Source: Carcharhinus amblyrhynchos (Eukaryota). Taken from it: DNA of 64,000 nt. The stretch covers positions 58,962,001 to 59,026,000 of the forward strand of contig OZ336879.1 of assembly GCA_965287045.1 (NCBI GenBank). Reading direction: 5' to 3'. The translations under genes were made by a program, and so were the position numbers. Below, piece after piece: positions 37,624 through 51,824 of the stretch. The notes under the pieces were generated by a model. That model was given only the letters and a program-made list of their open reading frames with translations, was not told where the DNA came from and made no database searches. Numbering within the stretch: the stretch's first letter is position 1; each line of letters starts with the position of its first letter.

Positions 37624-38709
37624 TTGCCCATAAATTGCCACTTATAAATTACTGCAAGAAGTTTACTGACATAGGTCTATTCCCCAGCTTATAGTCTGTG
37701 GCGTTAGTGAGAAATTTCAATTTGGCTTGTGTTCTAGTGTTTGCAGACCTGTTGACAAAATCTTGGTGTTGTGAAAACGATTCATCATGGAGTTTTCATC
37801 CTGTCTTGGGGTGAAAGCTACACAGAGTGCACCACACTATACAGATGGAAATTCAAGAGATCTCTAACCCTTTGCATCACTGGATTGCATTTTTGAACTT
37901 GATCCAGCAGAACTGCAATCTAAGGAAAGCAGTCTCAGAAGTGTGCAATATGAATAATTTATACAATTTTATGAAGATTCTGAGCCAACTATGTCATTTG
38001 TGATAAGGCAGCAGAATTTTTCCAATGGCCAATTTTCCTACCCCATCAACAGAGAAGTTGGCAGGGAAACACATCCCTGCCCTGGACACATGAAACACCT
38101 CAAAGGAGGGTTAAGCTTTCTATAAAGTGAAGGCAAGCTTTCCATACCTAGCTCAGGCAAAAGTCCTGCCTCAGAGAGGTGCCAACCAATCAAATTTCAA
38201 AAGGAGGTGTGGGGTTTGCTGAACTAGAGGCACTTAAACCCAAGATCCAAGTAGGGGATAAGCTGCCGAGATTCCCTCCCCCATCACTGATGTTCACTCA
38301 TCGGCCTCAGAATTGGAGGCGCAGTGAGAGGAGGTCCTTAAGTGGCCTGAAAAGTTGCAAATAGGTCAGGGCTGGGCAGCAGAAAGGCCACCCAGAGAAT
38401 TTTATGACTCCTCTGTCTGCAAACCCAATTCTGCCTTTGGTCTTTTAATATTGCTCTGGGGGTCTGCAGTTACACTTTGAACTGAGGACAGTTTAATGTT
38501 TTGATGCTGGTGTTGGACATTGTGCCCAGAGTGAGGTAGTCCAGCAACAGACAATGGTGCAAGTTTACTTAACTGCTGAGACTTAACAATGGAGAAACTA
38601 CCATTGACAATGCTATACTAACAACTTCAAACACAACAAAAAATATTCCATGGGAATAAGGAGGAGGATAAATATATTTTATAGCTTTTATGCTAAAAGG
38701 AGCAGAGTA

Positions 38710-38985
38710 TTGGATGAGGTGTTAAATAATATGTTTTCTTAATTGGATGTAAAAAATCCCATTACACTATATTAAAGAAAGACCAGGGAAAGATTCCCAG
38801 TGTCCTAGCCAATATTTATTCCTCAATCAACATCATTGAAAAAAACAGATTATCCTATTGTCTTTTGTGGGATCTTGCTATGCAACATTTGCTGTTCCAT
38901 TTCCAACACTTTGAAAGTATGTAATTGGCTGTAAATTGCTTTTGGATGTCATGAACAGTACGGTACAAATTCATGTTTTTCCCTT
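38710..38985 (+). mobile_element. DeuSINE (AmnSINE1/SacSINE1-like) Deu-domain and L2-type tail
   Basis: ggatgtaaaa.atccc..gtgtcctagccaatatttattcctcaatcaacatca..aacagattatc..tgtgggatcttgct..attggctgtaaa matches the recalled Deu core. Confidence 0.8.
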
Positions 38986-38991
38986 TCATAG

Positions 38992-39280
38992 TGCTTGGCA
39001 CTGCTGCCTCACAGTGCCAGGGATCCATGTTCGATTCCCAGCTTGGGTCACTGTCTGTGTGGAGTTTCACGTTCTCTTTGTGTCTGTGTGGGTTTCCTTT
39101 GGGTGCTCTGGATTCCTCCACAGTCTGAAAGACGTGTTGGTTAGGTACATTGGCCATGCTAAATTCTCCCTCAGTGCGCCTGAACAAGTGCCGCGGTGTG
39201 GCGACCAGGACATTTTCACAGTAACTTCATTGCAGTGTTAATGTAAACCTACTTGTGAAACTAATAAATAATAATTAAAG
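38992..39280 (+). mobile_element. V-SINE, tail type B
   Basis: cactgctgcctcacagtgccaggga...ttttcacagtaacttcattgcagtgttaatgtaaacctacttgtgaaactaataaa. Confidence 0.9.
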
Positions 39281-40189
39281 TTATTCATATAAGTTATAGT
39301 TTCAGTAAATTTGTTATACCATAGCACTGGAGATCTCATTGCTGCATTGCAGATATTCAAATCCTGATCATCTGTGACGAACATGACAAAAAACCTAATA
39401 TTTACAATATAAAATGAGAATTAACGTTCACATGCTTCGAGGAGATTTTGAATAACTGGCTGTGAAATAAGCTTTGTTGCTCAAAGTCCTCTTGTCTCCA
39501 TGATTTGTTTAGGTGTTTGGAATGGGCTATTTTTTTCTGCTGTTCCCTATTCCCAAAGTCTCCTCATCACTATTTAAAAGCTGCATGTTATTAAGATTTT
39601 TCTCAAGTTTAGTTTACATTTCTTTGTCTCAGCCACATCAACACAGCTATGTTAACAGAATAAGAAGAACTATAAATATACGCATGGGGCACCAATGAAT
39701 ATATTATTTATCTAATGGCAGGTTACACTGAGGACAGTGGCAATTGTGAGGATATTATCCCTAACCACAGCCTGATAGTTTCTCCCTGGCAGGCTTGGTT
39801 CCACCAGCTAGAGCACTTCCCTCTATGCTGGGAAATTAAACAAGACTCCTATTTGCTGGATCCTCACTCAAATTAGCGCAGCAAATAATCTTCATGCCAA
39901 GAATGAAGTGAAAATTGTATTTTCATACTGAAATTTATGGTAATGATTGAACAAATCTGTGAGTAATTCTCCAATCCTCCCACGGGGGATATGCTGCTTT
40001 CAGCTTGCCAAGTGAAATTGTCAGTGGAGGGTAAGAATATTCTGATCTTTGAGGAAATTTCTGAAACTTGAACTGATGGGGTTTTGATAGCTGGGATTTC
40101 TACATCCCATCCTGGATTTTTATTGCTATAGATTCAGGCATACCTAGTAGGAAGTTACTGAGGACAACTGCCTTTGTGTATTTTCCCTG

Positions 40190-41490
40190 CAGATTTCTTC
40201 AAAGTACGGGTATTAGGGATGTGCCTTACAGCTTTCGGGAGGGAATCCACAATTCAATCCAACTGCTTTACACAGATATCGGTAGTGCAGTTTCAGTTAA
40301 CAGGTGAAATCAGAAAGCTTTCCAATTAAATCTGGAGTCAGGCAGAGTTGCTTACTCTCCCCAGTCCTGTTTGTGCATTGTAAAGAACACTTTGCTGACT
40401 CTATCACAAAGGGTTCGGGCATAAGTGATGATCCCAGGCAGTGGAAGCACTCAAGTCAAAGCCTCCCTGTATATGGACAACATCACCGCCTTCTGCTCAG
40501 ATTGGCTGTCAGTGTGCAGGCTGATCAACATCTGCAACCAATTTGAATTGACCCTGGTACAAAGATAAATCATGGCAACAGCAAGGCCATGTTCTTCGGG
40601 AACTGAGCTGACCGATCCCTTGTCCCCTTCACCATAACGTCAGACTGCCTGCAGATGCTGTGGATATGGATCGGAGGGACCAGGGCATTCAAGAGAAAGT
40701 GGAAGGAGCTAGTAGGTATAATGAACCTTGTAATCAGGTGTGAGGCACTCTCGGTCTTGTTATATGTGGTGTAGGTCTGGCCCATTCCTCATTCCTGTTC
40801 TGTGGCAATCATCCGAGCTATTTTCTGATTCATCTGGTGGTCAAAAATGGACCATGTTCAAAGGGATGTAATGTACAAATCTCTAAATAAAGAAGGAAAA
40901 ACCATGCCCAACATTGCCCTAATCCTGATGGCCATCTTTGTGTATGGCTTCATTAAGATACGCATAGATCCATGGTAGGCAAACACCAAGGATTCTCCAG
41001 CAGCACTCACCTGAAAACCGGCTTCAGTGGGCCTTTACATGGTCTGCCCCCCATCCACTAGAATTCCAGCAGCAGGCAGGATGGGAGAATTCCGGCCCAT
41101 GTGTAATTACATGCTGAGACATTCCAAGGTTTAGGACTATGTGCTAAGGGATGCACTGAAGTTTGGGGCAGTCGCTGTCAAGGCACTGTGTAAGGCCCTT
41201 TAGCCAATGTACACTGAGCGGTTGGTAACCATGGAAAACCCCTTAGACTGTAGGGCTATTCCTGGCTGCATAAAGTAAATGTATCTGTGTTGAGGCACCC
41301 ATAGTGCAGCACGACTGATGTATATAATTTGAACAGCAAAAATACCAGAATATTTGTGATGTTCTCATTACAGTGTTGAATGCACCTTGATCTCTATAAA
41401 GAATGTATATGTCATTGCACTTTCCTGTTATGACAACTTGAAATGTTGTGTAATGTTTCTTTCAGATATTTTATGAATAAAGTATATTAT
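40190..41490 (+). mobile_element. Tx1/L1-clade LINE remnant (RT to 3' UTR)
   Basis: SFPIKSGVRQSCLLSPVLF, ctgtatatggacaac (YMDD-like), and a 3' end atgaataaagtat. A second related 3' end with A-tail lies at ~41800-41993. Confidence 0.8.
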
Positions 41491-42121
41491 GTCTGTACTT
41501 ATCAGCTTGGATCTAGTATGTCCCTTTTGTGGAGACCATGTATTGGATTGAAGTTGAATTGGCTTTTGGAGCAAGGAAGGAGGTGGGTTAGGGACTTTCC
41601 CCAATCACTCTGCCATTAACTTTGCAACTCTGAGAAAGGAATAACATTTTTAAAAATATGTTTATCTAATAAACATCAGCTGCTGCTGCAGAATTATCAG
41701 ATCTGTGAAAAATACTCTTTGGTTCTGCCCGAAACTTGTTGGACTTCCAGTGCACAGAATTATCCCCGATCAAGTGCTGCAGGCTGGCACATTCTAAAGC
41801 CCAGGACTATGCGCTGAGGGATGCACTCGTTGAATATTACATGTGTTACAATTGTACTGAAGCTTCTCAGAGCGCAACCTGAACTGTGTAGAGATCATGA
41901 ATATTATTGCACTATGTGTGATAGCCATTTTTAAATGTTTGTAATGTTCATTCAGATATCTTACTGAACAAAGTAGATTTTTGCAAAAAAAAAGTTTACC
42001 TGAGCCCTCATGCTATATATATCACAGAATCATATGAAATGTAAATGTATATTGTAAATATAACATGTAATACAGAAAGTGTAGTGAAACAACTCATGTA
42101 CTGTATTGAAAGAAACTGATC

Positions 42122-42468
42122 TTTTTATTCATTTGTGGGATATGAGTCCAGCATTTATTGCCCATTCCTAACTGTCCTCTATTCCAGAGGGCATTTAAGA
42201 GTCAACCACATGATGTTGGTCTAGAGTCACATATAGGCCAGACCAGGTAAGGATGACAGTTATTCCCTAAAGGACATTAGTGAACCAGAGGGGGTTTATT
42301 TACGGCAATCGACAATGGTTTCATGATTATTGTTAAACTTTTAATTCCAGATTGTTTTTTAAATTCAAATTTCACCATCTGCCTTGGTGGGATTTGAACC
42401 CAGATCCCCAGATCTTGCCCTGGGTCTCTGGATTACTAGTCTAGTGACACTATGCCACTGCCTCCCCT
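42122..42468 (-). mobile_element. tRNA-derived SINE, near full length
   Basis: B-box gggttcaaatcc on the minus strand; the 3' tail is shared with LINE family B. Confidence 0.88.
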
Positions 42469-42694
42469 TCTGTATCACACTTAATGTGAAGTGAAATTCA
42501 GACTGTCATGGAATCAAACGTTATGAATGAAATATATTTCAATTAATGTCAGAGGTTACTTTCTACTGGTGTCTAAGTAGTGAATGACCAGCAACACAGG
42601 TTTGTAGAAGTGAAAACCTGTTTTTATTTTGCAGTCATGATGTCTTCAACTTAAAGGCAATTATTGACAGGAAGGGAAGGAGGAATGTGTTCAA

Positions 42695-42950
42695 AGAAGA
42701 ACAAAGAACAAAGAAAATTACAGCACAGGAACAGGCCTTTTGGCCATCCAAGCCTGCACCAACCATGCTGCCTGACTGAACTAAAAGCCCCTACCCTTCC
42801 AGGGACCAGATCCCTCTATTCCCATCCTATTCATGTATTTGTTCAGACATCCCTTAAAACTCATTGTTGTGTTTGCTTCCACCACCTCCCCTAGCGGCGA
42901 ATTCCAGGCACCCACCATCCTCTGTGTAAAAAATTTGCCTTGTACACCTC
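42695..42950 (-). mobile_element. CR1-type 3' end
   Basis: An (aagaacaa)n tail followed by cagcacaggaacaggcc..gaattccaggcacccacca. Confidence 0.8.
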
Positions 42951-44714
42951 ATTTCACTCATTCTTTCACAGGACTGCTCATCTGCTGAAAGTAGCCACAG
43001 TTGGTATTTGCCATTCTGTCTTTTAGATGCTTAATTCTTAGAGGTGTGATTCATAGTTTAGTTTAGCATTTGAAGCTCTTTTTGTGCTTTTTGAACAATT
43101 TCATCTGTATTAGCATATCAGTTGCTTTGTTTTTGAGTTGCAAGCATATTTTAGTAGATATTCTTTATATTAGCAGCAATCACAGCATTTAGCATGGAAA
43201 TTCAATTTGACATCCTAATGGCAGTGATGGATTTGAAAGTTTATCTGTAGGGAAAATAGTTAAGTACAAAAGCACCTCAGACAATGCTCCATCCTGAGAT
43301 CTGGGTTTTTACACTTACGCAGACCTACTTGGGAATGTTTGAAAAGGCTGACCTTTGTCAACTACACTTCGCAAAAAGGGTTGTCACAAAGCAATGCCTT
43401 TTCTAACTTTGGTAAGGTCTTCTGCAGGATCAGCCCTGTCCCTCTGGGAGTGAAGATCACCACAATGTCCATTTATTTTACAACACTGGATCCTTCCAAG
43501 CAACCACTATTGACAATCATAGCAATAAATAAAGAGCAGAACATCAAATAATCTCTGATTACTACCTAAGCCGTGGATGAATTGGTATAAAGCAAATAAA
43601 ATCAGCCGGTTAAATGCATGGCTCAAAGTTTGATCTGTGAGAAATGGGTTTCAATTCATGGGGCATTGGCAGCAGTACTGAGGAAAGAGGCAGCTGTACC
43701 AATTGGACAGTCTTCATCTGAACTGTGCTGGGATGAGTGTTCTGGCGAGTCATATAAATAAGACAGGAGAGAAAGCTTTAGACTAAATAGTGGGGGAAAG
43801 GGATCAAGTTTGGCAAAATGTGATAAATTAAGTAGAAAGAACAAGGCAAGAGAGCAAGGTAGGAATAAGGGAAATGATAATCAAAGTACAGCAGGAATGG
43901 ACAGAGTTTTACAAACCCAAGAATCACCTGCAGATAAAGCTGGAGTTACAAATATAGTGAAAAGACAGACTAAAGGCTTTATATCTGAATATATACAGCA
44001 TTCATCATGAAACAAGTTAACTAACACCACAAATAGAAATAAATATATATGCTCTGATACTCATTACAGAGACATGATTGCAGGATGACAAACATTAAGA
44101 CCTGAATGTGCAAGAGTTCGGAAATTTAGGAAAGGGAGGAAGCTAGGAAAACATGGAGGGGTAGCTCTTTTAATTAAAGATTACATTGGTACAATGAAGA
44201 AAGATGACCTTAGTTCCAGAAATCAAAATGTAGAATTGGTTGGGGCAGAGATGAAAAATAGTAAAGGTCACTTGTGGGAATGGTTTACAGGTCTCCTAAT
44301 AGCAACCAAACTGTTGACAAAATAGACAGGAAGAAATAATGGGGGCTTGTCAGAAATGTATGGAAAAAATTACAGATAATTTAAATCTACGTATAGATTG
44401 GACAAATCAGATTAGCCTAACCTGGATGAAGAGTTTTCAGGACAGTTTCTTAGGGCAGCACAACTTAACATCAACACTAATAGGCTGTACTATATCTGAT
44501 AATGTGCCATGAGACAGGATTAATTAATGACCTCATAGTAAAGCCTCCCATTGGTAGCAGTGATCATAATACAATTGAATTTCACATTCATTTTGAGGGA
44601 GAGGGCAGTGGATCTAATAGTAATGTTTTAAGCTTAAGTGAGGGCAATTATGAAGGCATGAAGAATGAGCTGGCTGAAGTGAACTGGAAAATTAGATTAA
44701 GTGATAATCAGTAG

Positions 44715-45075
44715 TGTTACGACCAGTCCCCATGTGAGAGTGCCAAATCTGTTAACCCAGGTCAGAACACTCAAATTGTTATGCCTGGGCAAGAAGGGAT
44801 GAACAGGCTTCCTCTCTTTATTTATTTTGTCACCATCACCTCCCATTTTCTCCACCAGAGATGGCAATTAGTTTTTGTATGCTTTAGTAATATCCTTGGC
44901 TGGAAACAGGGTGTGGTTCCATTGTCTCTGAGTTTCACCCACGTGCAATTCAGTCAGTGACAGAATTTACATCTTCAGCTAACTTTGTCTTGTATGTCCA
45001 TTTCTAAAAAAAACTCACAGGTCTTACTTAATATTCAATACTTCCAAATGTAATTTTTCCTTCATTATAATGACA
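44715..45075. mobile_element. Solo LTR (TG...CA, 4-bp TSD)
   Basis: Begins tgttac and ends atgaca, with gtag at 44711-44714 and 45076-45079. The CR1 host reads through once it is removed. Confidence 0.8.
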
Positions 45076-45318
45076 GTAGGGATACAGTAGCAGACACTTT
45101 AAAGAGATATTTTAAATACTCAAAAAACTTACATTCCACTGAGAAAAAAAACACACCAAGGGAAGAACCCACCCATATGTAGCTAATTAAAGAAGTTATA
45201 AATAGTATCAAATTGAAATCAAGGTATACAATTCTGGAGGATGAGTGACATGTCAAAGCTTGGGCAGAATGTAAAGAACGGCAAAGAATCACTAAAACGT
45301 TAATAAGGAGGGAGAAAT

Positions 45319-45594
45319 GAGAATCATATTATAGAACATTCTCTCTTCCATCAGGAAAAAAATACAAAAGTCTGAGATCACATACTAGATGACTCAAAAA
45401 CAGCTTCTTCCCTGCTGCCATCAAACTTTTGAATGGACCTATCTCGCATTAAGTTGATCTTTCTCCACACCCTAGTTATGACTGTAACATTCTGCACTCT
45501 CTTCTTTCCTTCTCTATGAATGGTATGCTTTGTCTATATAGTGCGCAAGAAACAATACTTTTCACTGTATACCAATACATGTGACAATAAATCA
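45319..45594 (+). mobile_element. Rex1/Babar-like LINE 3' end
   Basis: LPSG..YKSLRSHTR.LKNSFFPAAIKLLN, followed by the tail tacatgtgacaataaatcaa. Confidence 0.8.
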
Positions 45595-47624
45595 AAAAAT
45601 AGAGTACAAGAATAATCCAGCAAAAAGTTATAAACAAATAGTAATAGTTTCTACAGATATTGAAAAAAGAGAAGAGTAAGTAAAGTGAGCGCTGATCCTC
45701 TAGAGAGTGAGAATTTGGAATTCATTATGGAAAATAAGGAAATGATGGATGAATTGAACAGATATTTTAGAGAATACAAATTACATCCCAGAAATAATTT
45801 TGAATCAGGAGGTGAAATAGAGGGAGGAATTTAAATCAATTACTAAGAAAATTATTAAAACTAAAAGCTGACAAGTCCGCAGACACTGATTGACTTCATT
45901 CTCGGTCTTAAACTGAGTGTTTGCTGATAAAGGAGTAGTTTATTGGTTTTAATTTTTCAAAGTTCCTGAGATTCTGGAAATGTTCCATCAGATCGGAAGA
46001 TAAGGAATGTGACACCCCTCTTCAAGAAAGGAGGGAGACAGAAAACAGAAAATTACAGGCCAGTTAGCTGAACATCTGCCATAAGAAAATTGCCAGAATC
46101 TATTATTATGAAAGTTATAGCAGGGCTTTTAGAAAATTGCAATGGAAGCAGGCAGAGTCAACATGGTTTTGTGAAAAGGACATCATGTTTGACTAATTAT
46201 TGGAGTTATTTGAGGAAGTAACAAGCAATGTAGGTAAAGGGGAACCTGTGGATGTGCTGTATTTAGATTACTAGAAGGCATTTGACAAAGTGCCATGTCA
46301 AAGGTCACTATGCAAAACAAGAGCTCATGGTGTAGGTGTTAGCAATGTTAGCATGGATAGAGGATTGCTTAATTAAAAGAGAGTAGGCATAAATGGGTCA
46401 TTTTTGGGTTGGCAAGATGGTACTAGTGGAGTGCCATAAGTATCAATGCAGGGGCCTCAACGGATTACAATTTATACTGATAAATTGGCTGAAAGGACTC
46501 AATGTATGTTGTTAAATTTGGTGACACAAAGCTCAGAAAGTAAGTTATGAATATAACACAATGAGTCTGCAAAGGAACGTAAGATTAAGCAAGTGATCAA
46601 AAATATGGCAGACAGGGCAGAAGGTCCTTGTCCACTTTGGAAGGAAGAATTGAAAAGTAGTACATTATTTAAATTGAAAGAGACTGAAGAACTCCATAAT
46701 ACAGAAGGATCTAAGTGGCCTAATGCGAAAGTCAGGAAACATTAGTGTGTAGGTATAGCAAGGATTAAGAAGAAAAATGGAACATTGTCATTAATTGCAG
46801 AAAAGGGAATGAAATATAAAAGTAGGCATAATTTGCTGCAGTTTTACAGTACATTGGTGAGATCACATTAATAGCACTATGTACAGCCTTGATCTCCTTA
46901 TTTATGAAAGGATATAAATGCAGATAAGCAGGGAAGAGGAGGATCACTTCACTGATAGCTAGAATAGGGGTGTAATCTTACGAGGAAGGGTTGGACATGC
47001 TGAACCTGAACTTGAGTTTAGAAAATTAAGGGGCGATCTTACTCAAATATATAAGATCCTGAGCAGACCTGGTAGGATGGATATTGAACGGATGTTTCCC
47101 CATATAGGAGAGTCAAGAACGAGGGAACACAGTGTAAAAATCAGGGATCTCCCTAAGATAAGAAGATTATTTTTTTCTCAGAGGATTTTGAACCTTTGGA
47201 ATTCTCGTCCTCAGTAAGTAGGAGAGGCATGATCTTTGAATATTTTAAAAGCAGAGGTAGATAGATTCTTGACTAACAAGGGAGTCAAAGATTATTGGAA
47301 TAGGCAAAATGTGGAATTGAGATCACAATCTGATCAGCCATGATCTTATTGAATGGTGGAGAAGGCTAATGGCTTAATTCAGTTACTAATTCATATGTTC
47401 ACATGTAATTAATTTTCAGTCTGGTGATGCATTAAACTGCTGGTTGAAGTTTTATTTTTTGTGTTATATAAGTATGTCATTCTAAATTGTTAATGTTGTT
47501 TGAAGTACTTTCATTACTTTCCCATTGCAAAGGAGGCACCAGAACAAAAGGGAGCAGTACTTTTACCAGACAGCAATCTTTCTAAAAGCGCTAAGCCTCA
47601 ACGATAGCACGTATGTGACCATCA

Positions 47625-47750
47625 GTTACCATGGCAATGACCTCATGGCATCTATAAAAAGGAAAAGGTTCTCATTTCATTATTGTATTGATAGAATTGG
47701 AATAAGGAAGCAGAATAATGCAAGTTAATGTGCAATTGCCTGGCAGCAAC
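47625..47750. promoter_or_regulatory. Candidate RFX X-box pair
   Basis: GTTACCATGGCAAT (47625-47638) differs only at the last base from GTTNCCATGGNAAC. TTGCCTGGCAGCAAC lies at 47736-47750. Both are in non-repeat sequence. Confidence 0.45.
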
Positions 47751-47859
47751 CACAATCACAACATCAACAATTTACATTTATGTAGCACTGTTAATACAAA
47801 AGAATGTCCCAAGGCACTTCAATGGGCCACTTTAAAACAAAATTAAATACTGAGCTTGG

Positions 47860-48420
47860 TCAAAATCTTTGAATAGGTTATCCTCTCCCAAATCCATGCC
47901 CACTTTGCCCTGAACTGTTTGAATCTCTCTTATTTGGTACTGCCACTGTCACTGTACCAAAACACCTGTAATCAAAGTCACAGCAACATATGTATCAGTG
48001 AGAAAGGTAAACTTTCCCTCCTCATTCTTATCAACCATCCACATCCTCTGACATGGTTGACCACACCATCCTCTGCACTGATGTCTAGCTGGGAGGGGCA
48101 GCTCTCATCTGGTTCCATTCTTATCTATCTAATTGAATTCAGAGTCTCACTTGCAATGGCTCCTCTCCTAGTCCTGCACCTTTCCCTCTGGTATTCCCCA
48201 AGGATCTTGGCCTCCCTCCTACTTCTCATCTATACACTGTCCACAGCCACATCATTCAAAAGCAAAGCAAACGCTGACCCACAACTTTACCTCAGTGTTA
48301 CTGCTAAATTATCAGACTGCTCATCCAACATTCAGTAAAGGACAGGGAGGATCTTCTGCCAATTAAAAATTGGGAAGACTGTAGTCACTGTTTTCCCTTG
48401 TACCAATTCCATCCCTATTG
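47860..48420 (+). mobile_element. Old L2-like LINE RT fragment
   Basis: ggtattccccaaggatcttggcctccctcctacttctcatctatac (GxPQGS.LGP.LF.IY-like), then a decayed ADDxQLY motif. Confidence 0.6.
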
Positions 48421-48782
48421 CTGGTATAACAATCTTGACAGGGGAACTGTAAACAAAAATATCCAAATTTATTGAATGACCCTCAAATGAGGAAATTATC
48501 AACAAGATTACACTTCCTGCAGATTTTGATTTAACATGAATCAAAACCAATGCAAAGTAAACATGAATCAAGTGGGCTGTTTTGTTTGGGATGGTCTTAT
48601 TGGTGCCACACTCATCCAGTCAAGTGGGAGTATTGCATCATAGTCCTGACTAGTGCCTTATAGATAACTGAGAGATTAGGAACCGCATTGCTCAGATAGA
48701 TTTCCCAATCTCAGATCTGCTCTTGTAGGCACAGGATTTATATGGCTAGTCTGCTTAAATTTCTGATCAATGGTGACTACCC

Positions 48783-48893
48783 GCCCCCAAGGACATTGAT
48801 GGTCAAGAGTTCAACTACAATAATGCCATTGCACCACCCCCCAGCCCCCAGGATATTGATGGTCAGGTATTCAACTACAATAATGCCATTGCA
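48783..48893. repeat. 60-bp-period tandem duplication within a LINE family B fragment (48.56-49.02 kb, minus)
   Basis: ccccaaggacattgatggtcaagagttcaactacaataatgccattgca is repeated with few changes 60 bp downstream. Confidence 0.9.
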
Positions 48894-49887
48894 TGTCATT
48901 GATTTCTTCACCTGTTGTGGATAGTCATTGCCTGGCATTTGGTGGCATAAATTTTGCCTGTCACTTATCAGGCCAAGCCTAAATTTTGTCCAGTTCCTGC
49001 TGCGTAAAAGCATGCAGGTAGTTGAATTTTCATTACACTCGTCTTTCCTGTCCTGTTTAACTCATTAAACTACTTCTAGCACTATAAGCAGGAATGTGGC
49101 ACTGCAGTCCTCCTGCTCAGCAACCCATGTATTTTTGTTCTCAGTGGCAGGCTCCTTCCTCCCATCAACAGGGGAGTGTATCTCCCTGCATGCTCTTACA
49201 GTCAGCAACATCAGAGGGAGGCATCTGTGAAGTGAGTCACAGTTTTGCCACGTGGGATTCCACAACGCCAGTTGCTTCCTCTTTTTCTCCATATCGAACT
49301 GTCATCCTTGCAGTGACCCTTGAAACAATTCAGTTAAAATTGACTCGAGCGAATCATTGTCACATTCGCTCTTTCAAATTGGTCACAAAACCAAGAGTTC
49401 AGTATGAATGCAGTGTTTGGCTTAAAACTGCCACTGGCAGGCATGTTGCATTCTCTTCTGAGCTCATTGTGTACCTCCCACAGTGTTGTCACAGTAAAAT
49501 TTGCCCCAGCATGTGAAATTGGTCCATTGTTAATTGAAATCTGATTCTGAATAACAATCAATGAGGAAGTTTGAGTTTTTCATAGCTTCCCACCCCTCAC
49601 ATGCTGTGCTGTAATCATGTTCATTTCATATGAATGTTAAATTCTAAGTTGGGAACAGATCCTTTAAAACAACATGGTTTATTTGTTTTTGCTGCCAAGC
49701 ACTTGCAAGAAATGATCCCCTCTCACTACAGTTGACAAAAAAGACAAATAAAGAGATATTTAGGATATCTGCAGGTTCTATTTAAGCAGATGCGCTATTT
49801 GTTGCCTAATTTCATTTCCAACCTGCTTTACTATATTTCTGATTCCTTTCAAATTACCAGTCAATAGCTGCCTGAATGAGTAAAAAA

Positions 49888-50168
49888 TAAAATTTATTTA
49901 TTAGTCACAAATAAGGCTTACATTAACATTGCAATGAAGTTACTGTGAAATGCCCCTAGTTGCCACACTCTGACACCTGTTTGGGTCAATACACCAAACC
50001 AGCACATCTTTCAGACTGTGGGAGGAAACTGGAGCACCCAGAGAAAACCCACGCAGACACAGGGAGAATGTGAAAGCTCCACACAGACAGCGACCTAAGC
50101 CGGGAATCGAACCTGGGTCCCTGGTACTGTGAGGCAGTAGTGCTAACTACAGTGCCACCTAGTGCCAC
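49888..50168 (-). mobile_element. V-SINE, tail type B
   Basis: tttatttattagtcacaaataaggcttacattaacattgcaatgaagttactgtgaaa...gtagtgctaactacagtgccac. Confidence 0.9.
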
Positions 50169-50719
50169 CCAGTCAGACTAATGTATTGTCCAGCAGGGTC
50201 AGAATAAGCATAAACAGGGCTGGACTATCCCTTCATTCTTTCATTAGATGTAGTATTGCTGGTATTTGCTGCACATCTTGAATGGCCATTTCAGAGTCAG
50301 CCACATGCTGTGTGTCTGGAGCAGTGTAGGCCAGACCAGGTAAGGATGGCAGATTTCCTTCCCTAATGTGGTACTGGTGAAGCAGATATGTTTTTACAAT
50401 AGCCCATGCTTGTTGTCATGTCACCATTACTGAGACTAGCTTTATATTCCAGATTTATTAGTTGAATTTAAATTCCACCAACTGTTGGGGTATGATTTGA
50501 TTCCATGTCCCCAGAGCTTTAGCCTGGGCTTCAGGACTATTAGCAACATTACTACTACATTGCTGTCTCTTATTATTATGTCTTCAAATACAAAGTACTG
50601 GGCCATGAAATTGTGCTTACAGATCCAGATTGCTCATGAACTCCATTAGCGTGCAGCTTAGGGGTGACCACCAACATTGTATCACCATTCATCATCTCCA
50701 GCACTGCAATTTCTAACCA

Positions 50720-51220
50720 TGAAATTCCTACAGAGCAGAAGGCCATTCAGCCCATCAAGTCTGTATCAAATCTCTGAAACAGCATTTTACCAATGCCCAC
50801 ATCCCCACCCTTGCTGTCCTATCCCTGTAACCCTACATATTTACCATGGGTTATCCACCTAACCTACACATCTTAAAACTCTATGGGGCAATTTAGTTCA
50901 GCCAATTCACCTCTCCTGCACATAAGAACATAAGAAATAGGAGCAGGAGTAGGCCATCTAGCCCTTCGAGCCTACTCCGCCATTCAATAAGATCATGGCT
51001 GATCTGAAGTGCATCAGTTCCACTTTCCTGCTTTCTCCCCATAACCCTTAATTCCCCTGTCTATCAGAAACATCTTTGGACCTCTGCAAGGAAACCGGAG
51101 CATCTGGAGGAAATCCACAGAGACATGAGGAGAACGTGCAAACTCCACACTCAAGGACGAAATTGAACCTAGGTCCCTGGTTCTGTGAGGCAGCTGTGCT
51201 AACCACTGTGTCCCCATGCC
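50720..51220 (-). mobile_element. V-SINE (tail A) interrupted by a young CR1 tail (~50921-51070)
   Basis: cataagaacataagaaataggagcaggagtaggccatctagccc is the reverse complement of the 10.4-kb CR1 tail. It sits between the two SINE halves, with a possible short caca/aca duplication. Confidence 0.85.
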
Positions 51221-51824
51221 AACGACAGAAGGAAAATCCAATCTTTAATCTCCTTCATTGGTAGAAGGAATTGATACAATGAAGCATGGAAAAGCAAATC
51301 CTATTTTACAGACCTCACTTCAGCTTTTCTCTTCATTCTTGATCATCACAGGAAGAATTCTAGGGTCAAATTCTGCTGTGGATGTTTGTTTTAAAACAAC
51401 ATAAATTTGCAAATATTTAAAAAGAATACAGATTGCTGGCATTGAAGGATATGTACTAAAGCCATGATAATAGCTGAGGGGGGGGTGGAATTCATATCAA
51501 GTTAAATATTTACACTCACTGTGGTGAGGAAGTGTCTGTTCGTTTGAATGCATCCTAGGGTTTTGGTGGGGCTGTTTGTCAACATTGGACCTGTAATCAC
51601 GTTCAGTGAGAGTTCTTTAGAATCTGATCCCAACCATTATCAAAAAGACTGGCTGAATGCTTCAATTTTTATTATTATCAATTCTGACAGGCGTGTTGGT
51701 AAAGGCATTGGGGACAGTGCCCCCTCTGCTTGCTGGAGAAGAATTAACAGAGCTAAAGGATGGGCAGTCGGGTTTTGAATGGAGGGCATGACCTTGGCCT
51801 GGAGCTGAAGGTTGCTGGATTTTT

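Larger units (their letters stand above)
43540..47400 (+). mobile_element. Long decayed CR1 (ORF1 esterase-like remnant, EN, RT, tail) with nested insertions
   Basis: LNAWLK and DSLHLN (SGNH-like), GSSDHNTIEF, YLD..KAFDKVP, and tail gatcagccatgatcttattgaatgg. Confidence 0.9.
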
